This document shows positions 53,680 to 63,883 of a stretch of DNA of 64,000 bases, piece after piece (positions within the stretch are counted from its first letter, which is position 1; every line of letters begins with the position of its first letter). The position numbers and the translations under genes are program-made. The stretch is from Alphaproteobacteria bacterium (lineage in GTDB: Bacteria > Pseudomonadota > Alphaproteobacteria > GCA-2731375): assembly GCA_965225945.1 (NCBI GenBank), contig CBDDBZ010000039.1:192001-256000 (forward strand). Direction: 5' to 3'. The notes beneath the pieces were generated by a model. The model ran no database searches, was not told the origin of the DNA, and worked only from the letters and a program-made list of their open reading frames with translations.

Positions 53680-53770
53680 GCGTCGAGACCGCTCCGCATC
53701 GCGTTTCCGGGCGCGCCGTATCACCCGACCCGCCGCGCCAACGCGCGGGCCGACATCGCCCTCGAATCGG
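53680..53770 (+). pseudogene. Second RAYT N-terminal remnant
   Basis: SRPLRIAFPGAPYHPTRRANARADI aligns with the start of the RAYT at 52036. Confidence 0.65.
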
Positions 53771-54224
53771 GACGGCCGGCGCCTTGCCGATTCGAGGGCC
53801 ATATCGCTGAGTCGCAATTCCGGCGCGCGATGGGTCGACCCGGCCCGCCCGCCAAACGATTGTGAAACCGGGTCGAATATTCGGCGAGATCGGGCAAGAG
53901 GCCGAGAGCCGCCGAGAGCCGCCATGGCCGACCGCGACAGCGAAGCCGCGCCGAGGGTGATCGCCGCCGACCCGCCGGTCCCCGTCGGTCGCCGTCGCTC
54001 CCCGCCGCCGGGGTTTCGGGGGCTCGCTCGCGCCTTTCCACCGCGTCTCGCCGCCGCGCCTCGAGGCCACGCACCCCCCTCATCGAGAGCCGAGAACCAC
54101 CCGCCCTGGGCCGCGAGAAACCCACCGCGGGGGAAGTGATTTTACAACGGCCCGATCAAAAGCTTTCATTTCCGGGCGATTTTGAGCGATTTTGAGGCAA
54201 AATGAGGCCACGTTTCGGCCGCCG

Positions 54225-54557
54225 CGGGACCCCGATGCACCGATCCCGACGACGAAACCGGGGTCCGCCGAGCCTGTCGGGCGACATTCATCGACAAGAA
54301 AATCTCGCGGGTCGGGGGCACGCTTCCGGCTGGCCGACCACCCGGCGCTCGAGGGGTTGGATATGGGGCCGAAATACCTCGCCCTCTACGAGTTCGAGAG
54401 CCTGGATTGCCTGGCCAGTCTGGCCGATCCGGACACCATGCGCCCGGAAGCCAAGGACGAGCTGGCGCGCTGGATGGACCATGGGGCACCGCTGGTCGAC
54501 GACATGTCGTGGAACGTGTATCGCCCGATCGCGAAGCACTGGCGGCTCGCCGATTGA
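54225..54557 (+). pseudogene. EthD/DUF4286-like protein remnant
   Basis: GPKYLALYEFES motif in the 3' part; 5' part lacks a clean start. Confidence 0.4.
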
Positions 54558-54654
54558 GCGTCCGCACCGGGTTCGGCTGCCTGGTTGCGCCGACGGCAGT
54601 ACTTGTTTCGAGGGCGATTCTTCCGCGAATTCAACGCTTTAAAGACCTTCGCTG

Positions 54655-56366
54655 GTAACCGGGGCAAAAGGCCGGGCATTTTTTCGTGCAGGGGATTCCT
54701 TTTCGGCGCGAGTTGTGAATCAATCCCCGCATGGCCGAATCGCCCCTGGACGTTGATGCTCTGGATATCGCGGCCCTCAAGGCGTTGGTGTTGGAGCTGC
54801 TTGAGCTGGGCGCGGCACGGGATGGCGAGATCGCCGCGCTACGGGAGGAGAACCGCCGTCTCGAGGGCCTGAACGGTCCCCCGAATATCAAGCCCAGCGG
54901 GATGGACGAGAAAGCGCGCTCGCGGGCACAGGCGAAGGCGGGGCGGTCTGCCAACAAGGCGCGGCGCGGGGCCAAGTTGGGCCGGGTCTCGATTGATGAG
55001 AAACGCGTCGTCGACGTCGATGCGCCGGCGGGCTCGCGCTTCAAGGGCTGGGAGGATTACCTGGTCCAGGATCTGCTCTGCCGGCCGCATAACGTTCTGT
55101 TGCGCCGCGAGCGCTGGCTGACGCCGGACGGTCGTTGCCTGGTGGCGCCCCTGCCGGCGGGGACGCGCGGTCATTTCGGCCCCGAGCTTCGCCGTTTCGT
55201 GTTGGCCCAATAGCACGGCGCGCAGACCAGCGTGGAACGCTTGGCGAGGCTGTTGCGCGATCTCGGCGTCGATATCTCCAAGCGCCAGGTGATGCGGCTT
55301 TTGAACGAGGGCCAGGAAGCTTTTGCCGCCGAGGCGCAAGCGGTGCTGCGCGCCGGCCTGGAAACCGCGCCCTGGATCAGCGTGGACGACACCGGCGCCC
55401 GGCATGCGCACCGCAATGGGGTGACAACCCAGATCGGCAACGATGCGTTTACCTGGTTCAACACCGGCTTTTCCAAGAGCCGGTTGAACTTCCTGGAGCT
55501 GCTGCGGGCCGGCCATGGCGACTATGTGATCAACCAGGCGGCGTTCTCCTACCTGCGCAAGCGCAAGCTCGCCGGAACCGTGATCGCTCGGCTGGCCGAG
55601 GCGGAGAACCACCACTTTGTCGGCGAGGCCGCCTGGATGGTCCATCTCGAGCAGCTTGGGATTGCCGCGCTCAAAGTCCATCCCGATCCAGTCAAGGTCG
55701 CCACCGAGGGCGCGCTGTGGGGGGCCATCACCGCGCACGGGTTGCTCAATGGCGGCCCGGATGGCACGGTTGTTCTGAGTGACGATGCCGGCCAGTTCAA
55801 CGTCGATCGCCACGCGCTCTGCTGGGTTCATAGCGAACGGCTGATCCACCAACTGGACGCTTTCAGCGAGGCTCAGCGCCGGGAGAAGGAACGCATCCAA
55901 GCCCGGCTCTGGCGGCTCTACGCCGATCTGAAAGCCTATCGCGAAAAGCCGACGCCAAGGCGGCGAGGCCAATTGTATCGCCGCTTCGAGGCTCTGTTCA
56001 CCACGAAAACAGGCTTCATCACCCTGGATCGGCTGCTGGCGCGTATCCACACCAACAGGGAGGAATTGCTGGTCGTCCTCGAGCGCCCGGAGGTGCCGCT
56101 CCACACCAACGGCTCGGAAACCGACATCCGCGCCATGGTCACCCGGCGAAAACTGTCCGGCGGCACCCGCTCGCAAGCCGGCAAGCAGGCCCGCGATACC
56201 TTCATCGGGCTGATGAAGACCTGCCGCAAGCTCGGGATCTCATATTGGCATTATCTCGGCGACCGTCTCCAGGTCCCGAACGCAACACCGGTGCCATCTC
56301 TACCCGGCCTCGTCAGACAACGATGCATGGAAATGGCCTAGCCGCCCGGTCTTTTGCCCCGGTTAC
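54655..56366 (+). mobile_element. IS66-family element (single-ORF ISBst12-like); transposase 54731-56341 split by TAG at 55211
   Basis: Ends gtaaccggggcaaaag / cttttgccccggttac; 9-bp target duplication ccttcgctg; VDDTG, LSDDA, LCWVH, HTNGSETDIR. Confidence 0.9.
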
Positions 56367-56896
56367 CCTTCGCTGGCGGCGGCGACCGATCGACGATCGC
56401 CACGGGCCAGCCGGTATTCGACCACCGCCGCCCTCGCCCCCTCCCGCTCCGCCAGAAGCCGAAACCCCAGCTTCTCCATCACCCGCCGCGAGCGCTGGTT
56501 GTCGGCGCGCGCGACCGCGTGGATCGCGTCGAGGCCGAGGTCGCCGAAGCCCCACCGCAGAATCCCCACCGAGGCCTCGCTCGCCAGGCCGCGACCCCAG
56601 GCCTCCGGGATCAGGCCGTAGCTGAGTTCGATTCCGAACGCCCCGGCGGCCATCTCGCGCAGCCCGCATTCGCCGAGAAAGCGGTCGCTTTCCCGTTCCC
56701 GGACCGCCATCGGACCGAAACCGCGCCGCGTCCAGTGCTCCAGGATCTCGGCCAATCGAGCCTCCGAGCCGGCGCGCGTTTGCACGCCGATCTTGCGGAT
56801 CGCCATCACTCGGGCATCGCCGTAGAGCCGGAACAGGTCGCCGCCGTCTCCGGCCGTGAAGGGCTGGAGGCGGAGCCGCGCCGTCTCGATGATCAT
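56363..56896 (-). CDS. GNAT acetyltransferase (RimJ/RimL family)
   Basis: IETARLRL, FLGECGL, WGRGLASE, NQRSRRVMEKLGF; stop codon supplied by the IS66 end. Confidence 0.85.
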   Translation of the reverse strand: MIIETARLRLQPFTAGDGGDLFRLYGDARVMAIRKIGVQTRAGSEARLAEILEHWTRRGFGPMAVRERESDRFLGECGLREMAAGAFGIELSYGLIPEAWGRGLASEASVGILRWGFGDLGLDAIHAVARADNQRSRRVMEKLGFRLLAEREGARAAVVEYRLARGDRRSVAAASEG

Positions 56897-57335
56897 GTCC
56901 GCTTCGAATAGTCGGCGGTGAGCCAGCGCTCCGGCGCCATGTGAACCATCATCCGGCTGCCGTCGGCCATCGCCGCCCGCATGCCCGCCGCATAGGCGCG
57001 GCCCTCGTCCTCGCCGAGGTAGCGGATCGCAATTCCCATGAGGTCGGTGTCCGCGTCGGCGACGTCGATGCGCGCCACCGGCCCCTCGACGCTGACGTAT
57101 TTGTACGGGCGCGTCTCGTTCTGGACGCAGAGCGAGAGGCGCGTGCCGGGGGCGATCAGCCGGCCCTTGCGGGAGCTTCGGGGCGTGACGAAGGCAATGT
57201 CGCCGCCGGCGCGTAACGATACCAGAGCGGGCTGGCGAGCGGCCCCCGGCCCGGTTCCGTCACCGACAGCACGGCGACGCGAGGTTCGGCCAAGAACGCC
57301 TCCGCCTCCGCCCGCGTCATGGTGAGCTTGGTCAT
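56893..57335 (-). pseudogene. Pyridoxamine 5'-phosphate oxidase-like (PPOX class) protein with a 1-bp frameshift near 57205
   Basis: EAFLAEPRVAVLS, PLWY, then SRKGRLI, LSLCVQ, YKYVSVEG, PERWLTADY in a shifted frame; 443 bp; could be a sequencing error. Confidence 0.75.
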
Positions 57336-58057
57336 TCCCGCGCCCCCATCATGGTCGTGAGCGAGCGCCGCGCGATGCCGTCGGCATCGAAGTTCGCGTC
57401 GTCGAGCCAGGCGGAGATGAGGCCGCGGACCTCCGGCCACTCCGCCTCGGTGATCGAATACCAGGCGGTGTCGCGGTTTCGGCCCTTCACGATCATGTGG
57501 TTGTGGAAAATTCCCTCGAAGCGATGGCCGAGGCGCCGCGCGGCGTTCCTCGATTTTTCGTTGAGGGCGTTGCAGCGCCACTGAAGGCGCCGATAGCCGA
57601 ACTCGTCCATGGCGTAGGACATCAGCAGGAACAGGGTCTCGGTCGCCGCCCGGGTCCGCTGCATCTCGGGCGCGAACCAGATCCCGCCGATCTCGATCAC
57701 GCCCTGCGCCGGCGCGATGTCCAGATAGCAGGCCATGCCGTTCGCGCGCCCGTCGCGCTTGGTTCGGAAGGCGTACCAGACGTATTCGAAACTTCCCACC
57801 ATCTGGGCGAGCCAGGCATCGAACTCGCCTCGCGTCGCCCAGGGCCCCCAGGGTAGATACTCCCAGATGCGCCGCGCCTCCTCGGTGGCGTGCGAGGCGG
57901 GATGGAGTTCCCCGGCGTGCCGCGCCACATCGAACGCCTCGATGCGCACGAGCTCGCCCTCGATCGGCGCGCGGGCGGGGATGCGTCCGCTCGGCGGCCG
58001 CGCTACCGGGTCGCCCGAGAGCGGCCGGCGATAGGGGGTTTCGGCCTCGATCGTCAT
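57332..58057 (-). CDS. GNAT acetyltransferase (RimJ/RimL family)
   Basis: IEIGGIWF, GYRRLQWRCNALN, FEGIFH, KGRNRDTAWYSI. Confidence 0.9.
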   Translation of the reverse strand: MTIEAETPYRRPLSGDPVARPPSGRIPARAPIEGELVRIEAFDVARHAGELHPASHATEEARRIWEYLPWGPWATRGEFDAWLAQMVGSFEYVWYAFRTKRDGRANGMACYLDIAPAQGVIEIGGIWFAPEMQRTRAATETLFLLMSYAMDEFGYRRLQWRCNALNEKSRNAARRLGHRFEGIFHNHMIVKGRNRDTAWYSITEAEWPEVRGLISAWLDDANFDADGIARRSLTTMMGARE

Positions 58058-58470
58058 CCCTCCCCCGCTCCGAGGCGGCGGAACTTCGGCATGGTGATCT
58101 GCTCGCTCGCCCGCTCGAAGAAGACCTCGACCCGCTCGCCGATGCGGACGCTGTCGGGATCGTCCGTCACCACGTTGCTCATCATCCGGACGCCCTCGTC
58201 GAGCTCGATCAGGGCGACGACATAGGGCACCTCGTCCTTGAAGCCGGGGTGGGCGGGGCGTCGCGCGACGGTGAAGGAATAGATCGTGCCCCGGCCCTCG
58301 CAGGTCAGCCAGCCGCCGATTTCCTCGTGGCAATGGGGGCAGAGCAGGCGGGGCGGGAAGTAGGCCCGCCCGCAGCCGCCGCATTGGGGCACGTCCAGGC
58401 GGCCTTCCCGGGCGGCGTTCCAAAACGGCGCGCTATCGGGATCGATCGTCGGCAGGGGCTTCTCGCTCAT
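58054..58470 (-). CDS. DUF35 Zn-ribbon/OB-fold acyl-CoA-binding protein
   Basis: PFWNAAREG, CGGC...CPHC, GTIYSFT, PYVVALIELDEG. Confidence 0.9.
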   Translation of the reverse strand: MSEKPLPTIDPDSAPFWNAAREGRLDVPQCGGCGRAYFPPRLLCPHCHEEIGGWLTCEGRGTIYSFTVARRPAHPGFKDEVPYVVALIELDEGVRMMSNVVTDDPDSVRIGERVEVFFERASEQITMPKFRRLGAGEG

Positions 58471-58479
58471 CCCTCCAAG

Positions 58480-59234
58480 CTTGCCTATCCGGTTATCACC
58501 CACACCCACTATATGTAGTGTGCACCCATTTTCCTGAGTAAAGCTCGGTGCAGGTCGAAGCGGAGATATCTCCGGCGATGCCGAGCAGGGACTCGGACGG
58601 CATTGTAGCGCCTTTTAGGCGACACTTTAGCGTGGTGGAAATCCTAATCATTGAGTCGGATTTGGCAAAACGCCACGTTGCATAAAGGACCGTCACTTCA
58701 TTGAAATTTATCTGAAATCGGAGGTGAACGACACCGATGGAATATTCCAGGAAATCAGAGCTTCATTGAATTGTAGGATTCGAGTGCCGGATTATTCACA
58801 AATAGCTCTGTGAACTGGTTTTCAAGTTCGCTCAATACGCCATATGAAGTAAACGGATTGAGGATCACGTTCTTGCGTGTCGCTTCGTCTTCGCTGCGAC
58901 TCAAAACGCGCAGGAGACTAACAGGCGCGGACGGGTTCTTCGCAACGATTCGTGCCAGCGCGTCGCTTTCTTCGACTAGTGCCGTCAATCGCTCAGACGA
59001 TGTCGTTTCATCAGCAGCTTCCCGTCTGGCCGTGGGTTTCTTCGTTTTTCCCTTGGTCGCCACCGTTCCGTCCCCCGATGTTAAATACGTGACGTGAATT
59101 AAACTCCGGTTCGGTTTTCAGAACAATCAAGAATTAGCCGGATCGCCTCCTCAATGCGCCTGCGCCGGCCCTTGCCTGCAGTCCAAGGAGACACACTACA
59201 TATAGTGGGTGTGGGTGATAACCGGATAGGCAAG
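58480..59234 (-). mobile_element. 755-bp non-autonomous cassette, copy 3 (passenger ORF 58755-59063)
   Basis: Perfect 43-bp inverted ends; 8-bp target duplication cctccaag (58472-58479, 59235-59242). Confidence 0.93.
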
Positions 59235-59248
59235 CCTCCAAGCTCCCC

Positions 59249-60418
59249 TCAGAGCCGCGCCAGGATACAGGTGGCGCCGCTGGAAAGCGTGCCGCCGGTA
59301 CCGTGCGCCATCGCCGTTCGCGCGTCCGCGACTTGCCGGGGGCCGGCCTCGCCGCGAAGTTGGCGCACCGCCTCGATCACCAGGAAGATGCCGTACATCC
59401 CCGGATGCGCGTAGGAGAGGCCGCCGCCGTTGGTGTTCATCGGAAAGCTTCCGCCCGGTCGCGAACGGCCGTCGGCGAGGAAGGGGCCCGCCTCGCCGCG
59501 GCCGCAGAATCCCAGCGCTTCCAAGCTCATCAACACGGTGATGGTGAAGGAATCGTAGATCTCCGCCACCTCGATATCGCCCGGCGCCATGCCCGCCATG
59601 GCGAAGGCGCGGCGGCCCGCCTGCTCCGCCGAGGTCAGCCAGGCGACGTCCGCCATCGCGGCGATGGTGACGTGGGTCATGCACTCGCCGAAACCGAGGA
59701 CGAGAATCGGCGTGGTCGCGAGGTCGCGCGCGCGCTCGACCGTGGTCATGACGACGGCGCCGCCGCCGTCGGTCACCAGGCAGCAATCGCGGCTATGCAG
59801 GGGATCGGCGATCATCGGGCTCGCCAGCACGTCCGCAATCGAGAGCGGCTCGCGCAGCATGGCCGCCGGGTTGAGCCGGGCCCATTCCCGGGCCGATACC
59901 GCGACCTCGGCCAGGTGCTCAGCCCTCGTGCCGTAGAGATGCATGTGCCTTTGCGCCGCCATGGCGTAAGAGCCGAGCGGCGTCGGCAGGCCCCAGGGGA
60001 CCTCGAACTGCAGGCTGAAGAGGGTCGGCCGCCCGCCGAGGGTGCGCGCGCGGGCCGAGCGCTGGTCGGAGCCATAGAGGATCAGCGCCACCTCGCAGAC
60101 GCCTTGGCTGAGCGCCATGGCCGCGTGACCGACGTACATCTCGAAGGAAGCGCCACCGATGTTGGTGCCGTCGGCGTAGCTTGGGCAGAGGCCCAGGTAT
60201 TCCGCCATCGCGACGGGCGCCATGTTGCCGGGCCGCGGCTGGCCCCAGGCGCCCGCCACCAGCAGGCCGTCGACGTCGCCGAGCCCGAGACCGGCCTCCG
60301 CCAGCGCGGCGCGGGCCACGCCGGCCTGCAGGTTCATCACCGACGGGCCGCCCGCCACCTTGCCGTCGACCAGCGGCGCGTCCGCCACGCCGACGATGAC
60401 CGGATCCCTGGCCGCCAT
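59249..60418 (-). CDS. Thiolase-family (SCP-x/Ltp2-like) protein
   Basis: IGGAS, YAMAAQRHMHLYG, CCLVTDGGGA, EIYDSFT, NTNGGGLS; paired with DUF35. Confidence 0.9.
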   Translation of the reverse strand: MAARDPVIVGVADAPLVDGKVAGGPSVMNLQAGVARAALAEAGLGLGDVDGLLVAGAWGQPRPGNMAPVAMAEYLGLCPSYADGTNIGGASFEMYVGHAAMALSQGVCEVALILYGSDQRSARARTLGGRPTLFSLQFEVPWGLPTPLGSYAMAAQRHMHLYGTRAEHLAEVAVSAREWARLNPAAMLREPLSIADVLASPMIADPLHSRDCCLVTDGGGAVVMTTVERARDLATTPILVLGFGECMTHVTIAAMADVAWLTSAEQAGRRAFAMAGMAPGDIEVAEIYDSFTITVLMSLEALGFCGRGEAGPFLADGRSRPGGSFPMNTNGGGLSYAHPGMYGIFLVIEAVRQLRGEAGPRQVADARTAMAHGTGGTLSSGATCILARL

Positions 60419-60455
60419 GCGCTGTCCCCCGCGATTGCCGGCCGCGCCGGCCGGT

Positions 60456-60592
60456 TCAATTCACCGTGCGAGCGCCGTCCCCGTCCTCGCCGGCTTCCGG
60501 TTGGCCCGCGGTCGGCCCCGCCTGATGATGCACGATGCGCCAGGTCCGACCCTCGCGGACGAAGACGTTGGTGGCGACGAGGAATTGTCCCC
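60456..60592 (-). pseudogene. SnoaL/NTF2-like protein C-terminal fragment cut by the IS91 element end
   Basis: Reverse strand FLVATNVFVREGRTWRIVHHQAGP...* begins at the element boundary. Confidence 0.65.
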
Positions 60593-61637
60593 GATGTTAA
60601 GCGTTGTCGGACACCTGCCGAGGCGCAGGGGTTGCATCCGGCGGACTGGATCGGCAGGTGTCGGACAACGCTCAAGGGAGGAAACCGCGGGCAGGACTAG
60701 GCTCGGCGGTGCGGCACGCTCGGTCTATGGGGATTTGCGAGCGGCGGGCCAGCTTTCTCGGGTGGCCGGCGCTGCTGGATGGCTCGGATCTGATTGGCGA
60801 CGACACCGGCAGGGTGGTTTGATGGCGACTTCGGGTCGATGCCGGCGGGTCTCGCAGGTGGTTCCCTGCGCGCTCGATGGTGTTGCGGCGAGCGGGATCG
60901 TGGCCGCGGGTGAGCGGCGGCAATAGCGTTATTCGAAGCGGTGTCGGTCATGCTGCCGTGGCGCAGGGGTTGCATCCGGCGGACTGGATCGGCAGGTGTC
61001 GGACAACGCTCAAGGGAGGAAACCGCGGGCAGGACTAGGCTCGGCGGTGCGGCACGCTCGGTCTATGGGGATTTGCGAGCGGCGGGCCAGCTTTCTCGGG
61101 TGGCCGGCGCTGCTGGATGGCTCGGATCTGATTGGCGACGACACCGGCAGGGTGGTTTGATGGCGACTTCGGGTCGATGCCGGCGGGTCTCGCAGGTGGT
61201 TCCCTGCGCGCTCGATGGTGTTGCGGCGAGCGGGATCGTGGCCGCGGGTGAGCGGCGGCAATAGCGTGATGTTAAGCGTTGTCGGACACCTGCCGAGGCG
61301 CAGGGGTTGCATCCGGCGGACTGGATCGGCAGGTGTCGGACAACGCTCAAGGGAGGAAACCGCGGGCAGGACTAGGCTCGGCGGTGCGGCACGCTCGGTC
61401 TATGGGGATTTGCGAGCGGCGGGCCAGCTTTCTCGGGTGGCCGGCGCTGCTGGATGGCTCGGATCTGATTGGCGACGACACCGGCAGGGTGGTTTGATGG
61501 CGACTTCGGGTCGATGCCGGCGGGTCTCGCAGGTGGTTCCCTGCGCGCTCGATGGTGTTGCGGCGAGCGGGATCGTGGCCGCGGGTGAGCGGCGGCAATA
61601 GCGTTATTCGAAGCGGTGTCGGTCATGCTGCCGTGGC
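60593..61637. repeat. Three tandem ~337-bp copies of the IS91-element downstream end
   Basis: Units at 60593-60962, 60963-61267 and 61268-61637 appear identical; 21-bp inverted repeat at 60601-60621/60651-60671. Confidence 0.92.
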
Positions 61638-63870
61638 CCTGGCCAGGGGCCGTGCACGGGGCGGGGCGCGTGGTTGGGCGCCGGCCTCGAAGCGCTCGAT
61701 GACGATCATACGGCCGCCGCACTGCGGGCAGGGCTCTGAGAGGGACGGCGGTTCGGTATCATCGTCACTCGCGGCATCGTCGGCCTCACTCTCCGGTGCC
61801 GGCATGGCAAGCAGTTCGCGGGCAAGGGAGATGTTGCGGGTGCGACCGCCGTTGGCGAAGAGGCCGTAATGGCGGATGCGGTGAAAGCCCGAGGGCAGGA
61901 CATGGAGGAGGAAGCGGCGGATGAACTCGGGCACGGCCAGGGGCAAGGTCTTGTAGCGCTCGCGTCCTTTGCGCCGGTAGTCCTTGTACTTGAAGATGAC
62001 GCCTTGGCTGTCGCAGCTGACCAGGCGGCTGTTCGAGATGGCGACACGGTGGGTGTAGCGGGAGAGATAGGCGAGCACGGCCTCTGGTCCGCCGAAGGGC
62101 GGCTTGGCGTAGACGACCCATTCTTGTTGGCTCAATTCGTGAATTGTATGCGTCACCTTGTTACGGCGGCGGCGAGGCAGGCTCGGTCATTGGCGCCGGG
62201 GGCGAGGCCGACGAGGTGGAACCAGCTCAGGTAGTTGTCCAGATAGCGGGTGGCGATGCCGCGGCGGGGACGCAGGAAGTCCTTCAACCGGCTGTGGCGG
62301 CTGTTCACCGTCTGCACATGCAGATCGCCCCGAACCCGTTCCCCCATCGAGCGGTTGAGTGCTTCGTGGCTCACCCCGAGCGCGGCGGCGCACGGTGGGT
62401 AGCTCGCGCCGCCGTCGGAGACCAGCAGGGCGTCCTTCGCGACCACCGGGTCGAGGGCAGCCGTGAGCGCCGCCGCATCGACCCTGGGCAGCACCGCGCT
62501 GACCGTCGTTCCGCTCCGGTCCGCCGCCATGAGAACCGGTACCTGCTCGCGCGAGAGGCCGCGCTTCTTCGCCTTGCCGCCCCGCCGCCGTGCCTTGCGC
62601 CCCAGCCCGCGCGCGCCCTTCCGGCTCTCCAGGACGTAGGTCTCGTCCGCTTCCACGATCCCCTTGAGCACCTCCGAATCGCTCCGCGCCGCCGCCAGAA
62701 ACCGGTGACGCCAGCGGAACGCCGTGCTCACCGCCACGTCGCAGCGCGCCGCCGAGGCCTTCACCGTCTCCCCCTTCGCCAGCGACGCCCCGAACGACAG
62801 CCAGCGTTCCTTGTGGTGCAAGCCCGACAGCGGCGTACCGCTCAGCGCGTTGAAGGTCTTGCCGCAGCCCTTGCACTGGTAGCGCCGCAGACCCCGCGCC
62901 ATACCGCGCGAAACCGCCCCTTCGCTCACGCAGTGCGGACAGCGCCGGGCCTCGTCCACACCAAGCTCGATCGCGGCCTTCGATGCCTCGCCCTCGCTCC
63001 GGCCCGACAGCACCGCGAGCGCCTCGCGCCGCTGCGCGCGCGTCAGCCCGCGCGCCGCCGAAAGCCACACCTGGAAACCCTTGCCGTCCATAACCCAACC
63101 TCCTGACGTTCCAGGCACTCTATCACTAATGCATACAATTCGCGAATTGAGCCTTCTTGTTTGCGCATCGGTGCGAGGAAGACACGGAAGGCCGCCGGCT
63201 CGGCGAGGCTGGTGTGGTCGGTGAAGAACTTCAGGCGCCCTGCCTCGTGGGCGGCGAGGAGCTTCTCGATGAAGAGGCGGCGGAAGAGGCGCGAGAGCAC
63301 GCGGACGGGCAGGAAGAAGCCGGGCCGGCAAGAGATCCAACTGCTACCGTCAGGTGAGATTCCGCCACCCGGCACGATCATGTGGATGTGGGGATGGTGG
63401 GTCATGGCCGAGCCCCAGGTGTGGAGCACGGCGGTGATGCCGATCTTGGCGCCGAGATGCTTGGGATCGGCGGCGATGGTGAGCATGGTCTCGGCGCTCG
63501 CCTTGAACAGGATATCGTAGATCACCGACTTGTTCTGATAGGCGATGTCGGCGATCGCCGCTGGCAGGGTGAAGACGAGATGGTAGTAGGGGACGGAGAG
63601 CAGTTCGGCCTCTCGCGCCGCCAGCCATTCGCGCGCGACCTGGCCTTGGCATTTGGGACAATGGCGGTTGCGACAGGAATTGTAGGCGATGTGGTTCTGC
63701 CCGCAGTCCTCGCAGGCCGCGACATGACCGCCGAGCGCGGCGGTGCGGCAACACTCGATCGCCGACATGACCTTCAGTTGGCCGAGGCTCAGACGACCGG
63801 CCCGGGCCCGACGGAAGCCGGGCCCGTGGTCGCGGAAGATGTCCTGGACCTCGAGCGCGGGACGCGGCAC
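61623..63870 (-). pseudogene. IS91-family (Y2/HUH) transposase interrupted by IS1595
   Basis: CRTAALGGH, SCRNRHCPKC, HLVFTLP, HPHIH, then WVVYAK, YLSRYTH, RIRHYG after the inserted IS. Confidence 0.92.
62129..63153 (-). mobile_element. IS1595-family element (transposase 62153-63091)
   Basis: Ends ggctcaattcg(t/c)gaattgtatgc; 8-bp target duplication ttcttgtt; CPHC...CKGC, VEADET, VSDG, GIATRYLDNY. Confidence 0.93.
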
Positions 63871-63883
63871 CGAGGCCGCCGGC

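Noticed and set aside
41950-56341. Genome-wide reassignment of TAG to Tyr or pyrrolysine
   Set aside because: Intact host genes (acpP, the chemoreceptor, dienelactone hydrolase, GST, the ABC exporter) end in TAG at the expected positions.
60589-60601. 13-bp match ccccgatgttaag between the IS91 junction and the 755-bp cassette
   Set aside because: Short, spans the element boundary and has no further similarity; most likely chance.
60593-61637. CRISPR array or integron cassette array
   Set aside because: Units are identical, about 337 bp, with no unique spacers or cassette ORFs and no cas genes; GTTAAGC alone is too weak for an attC call.
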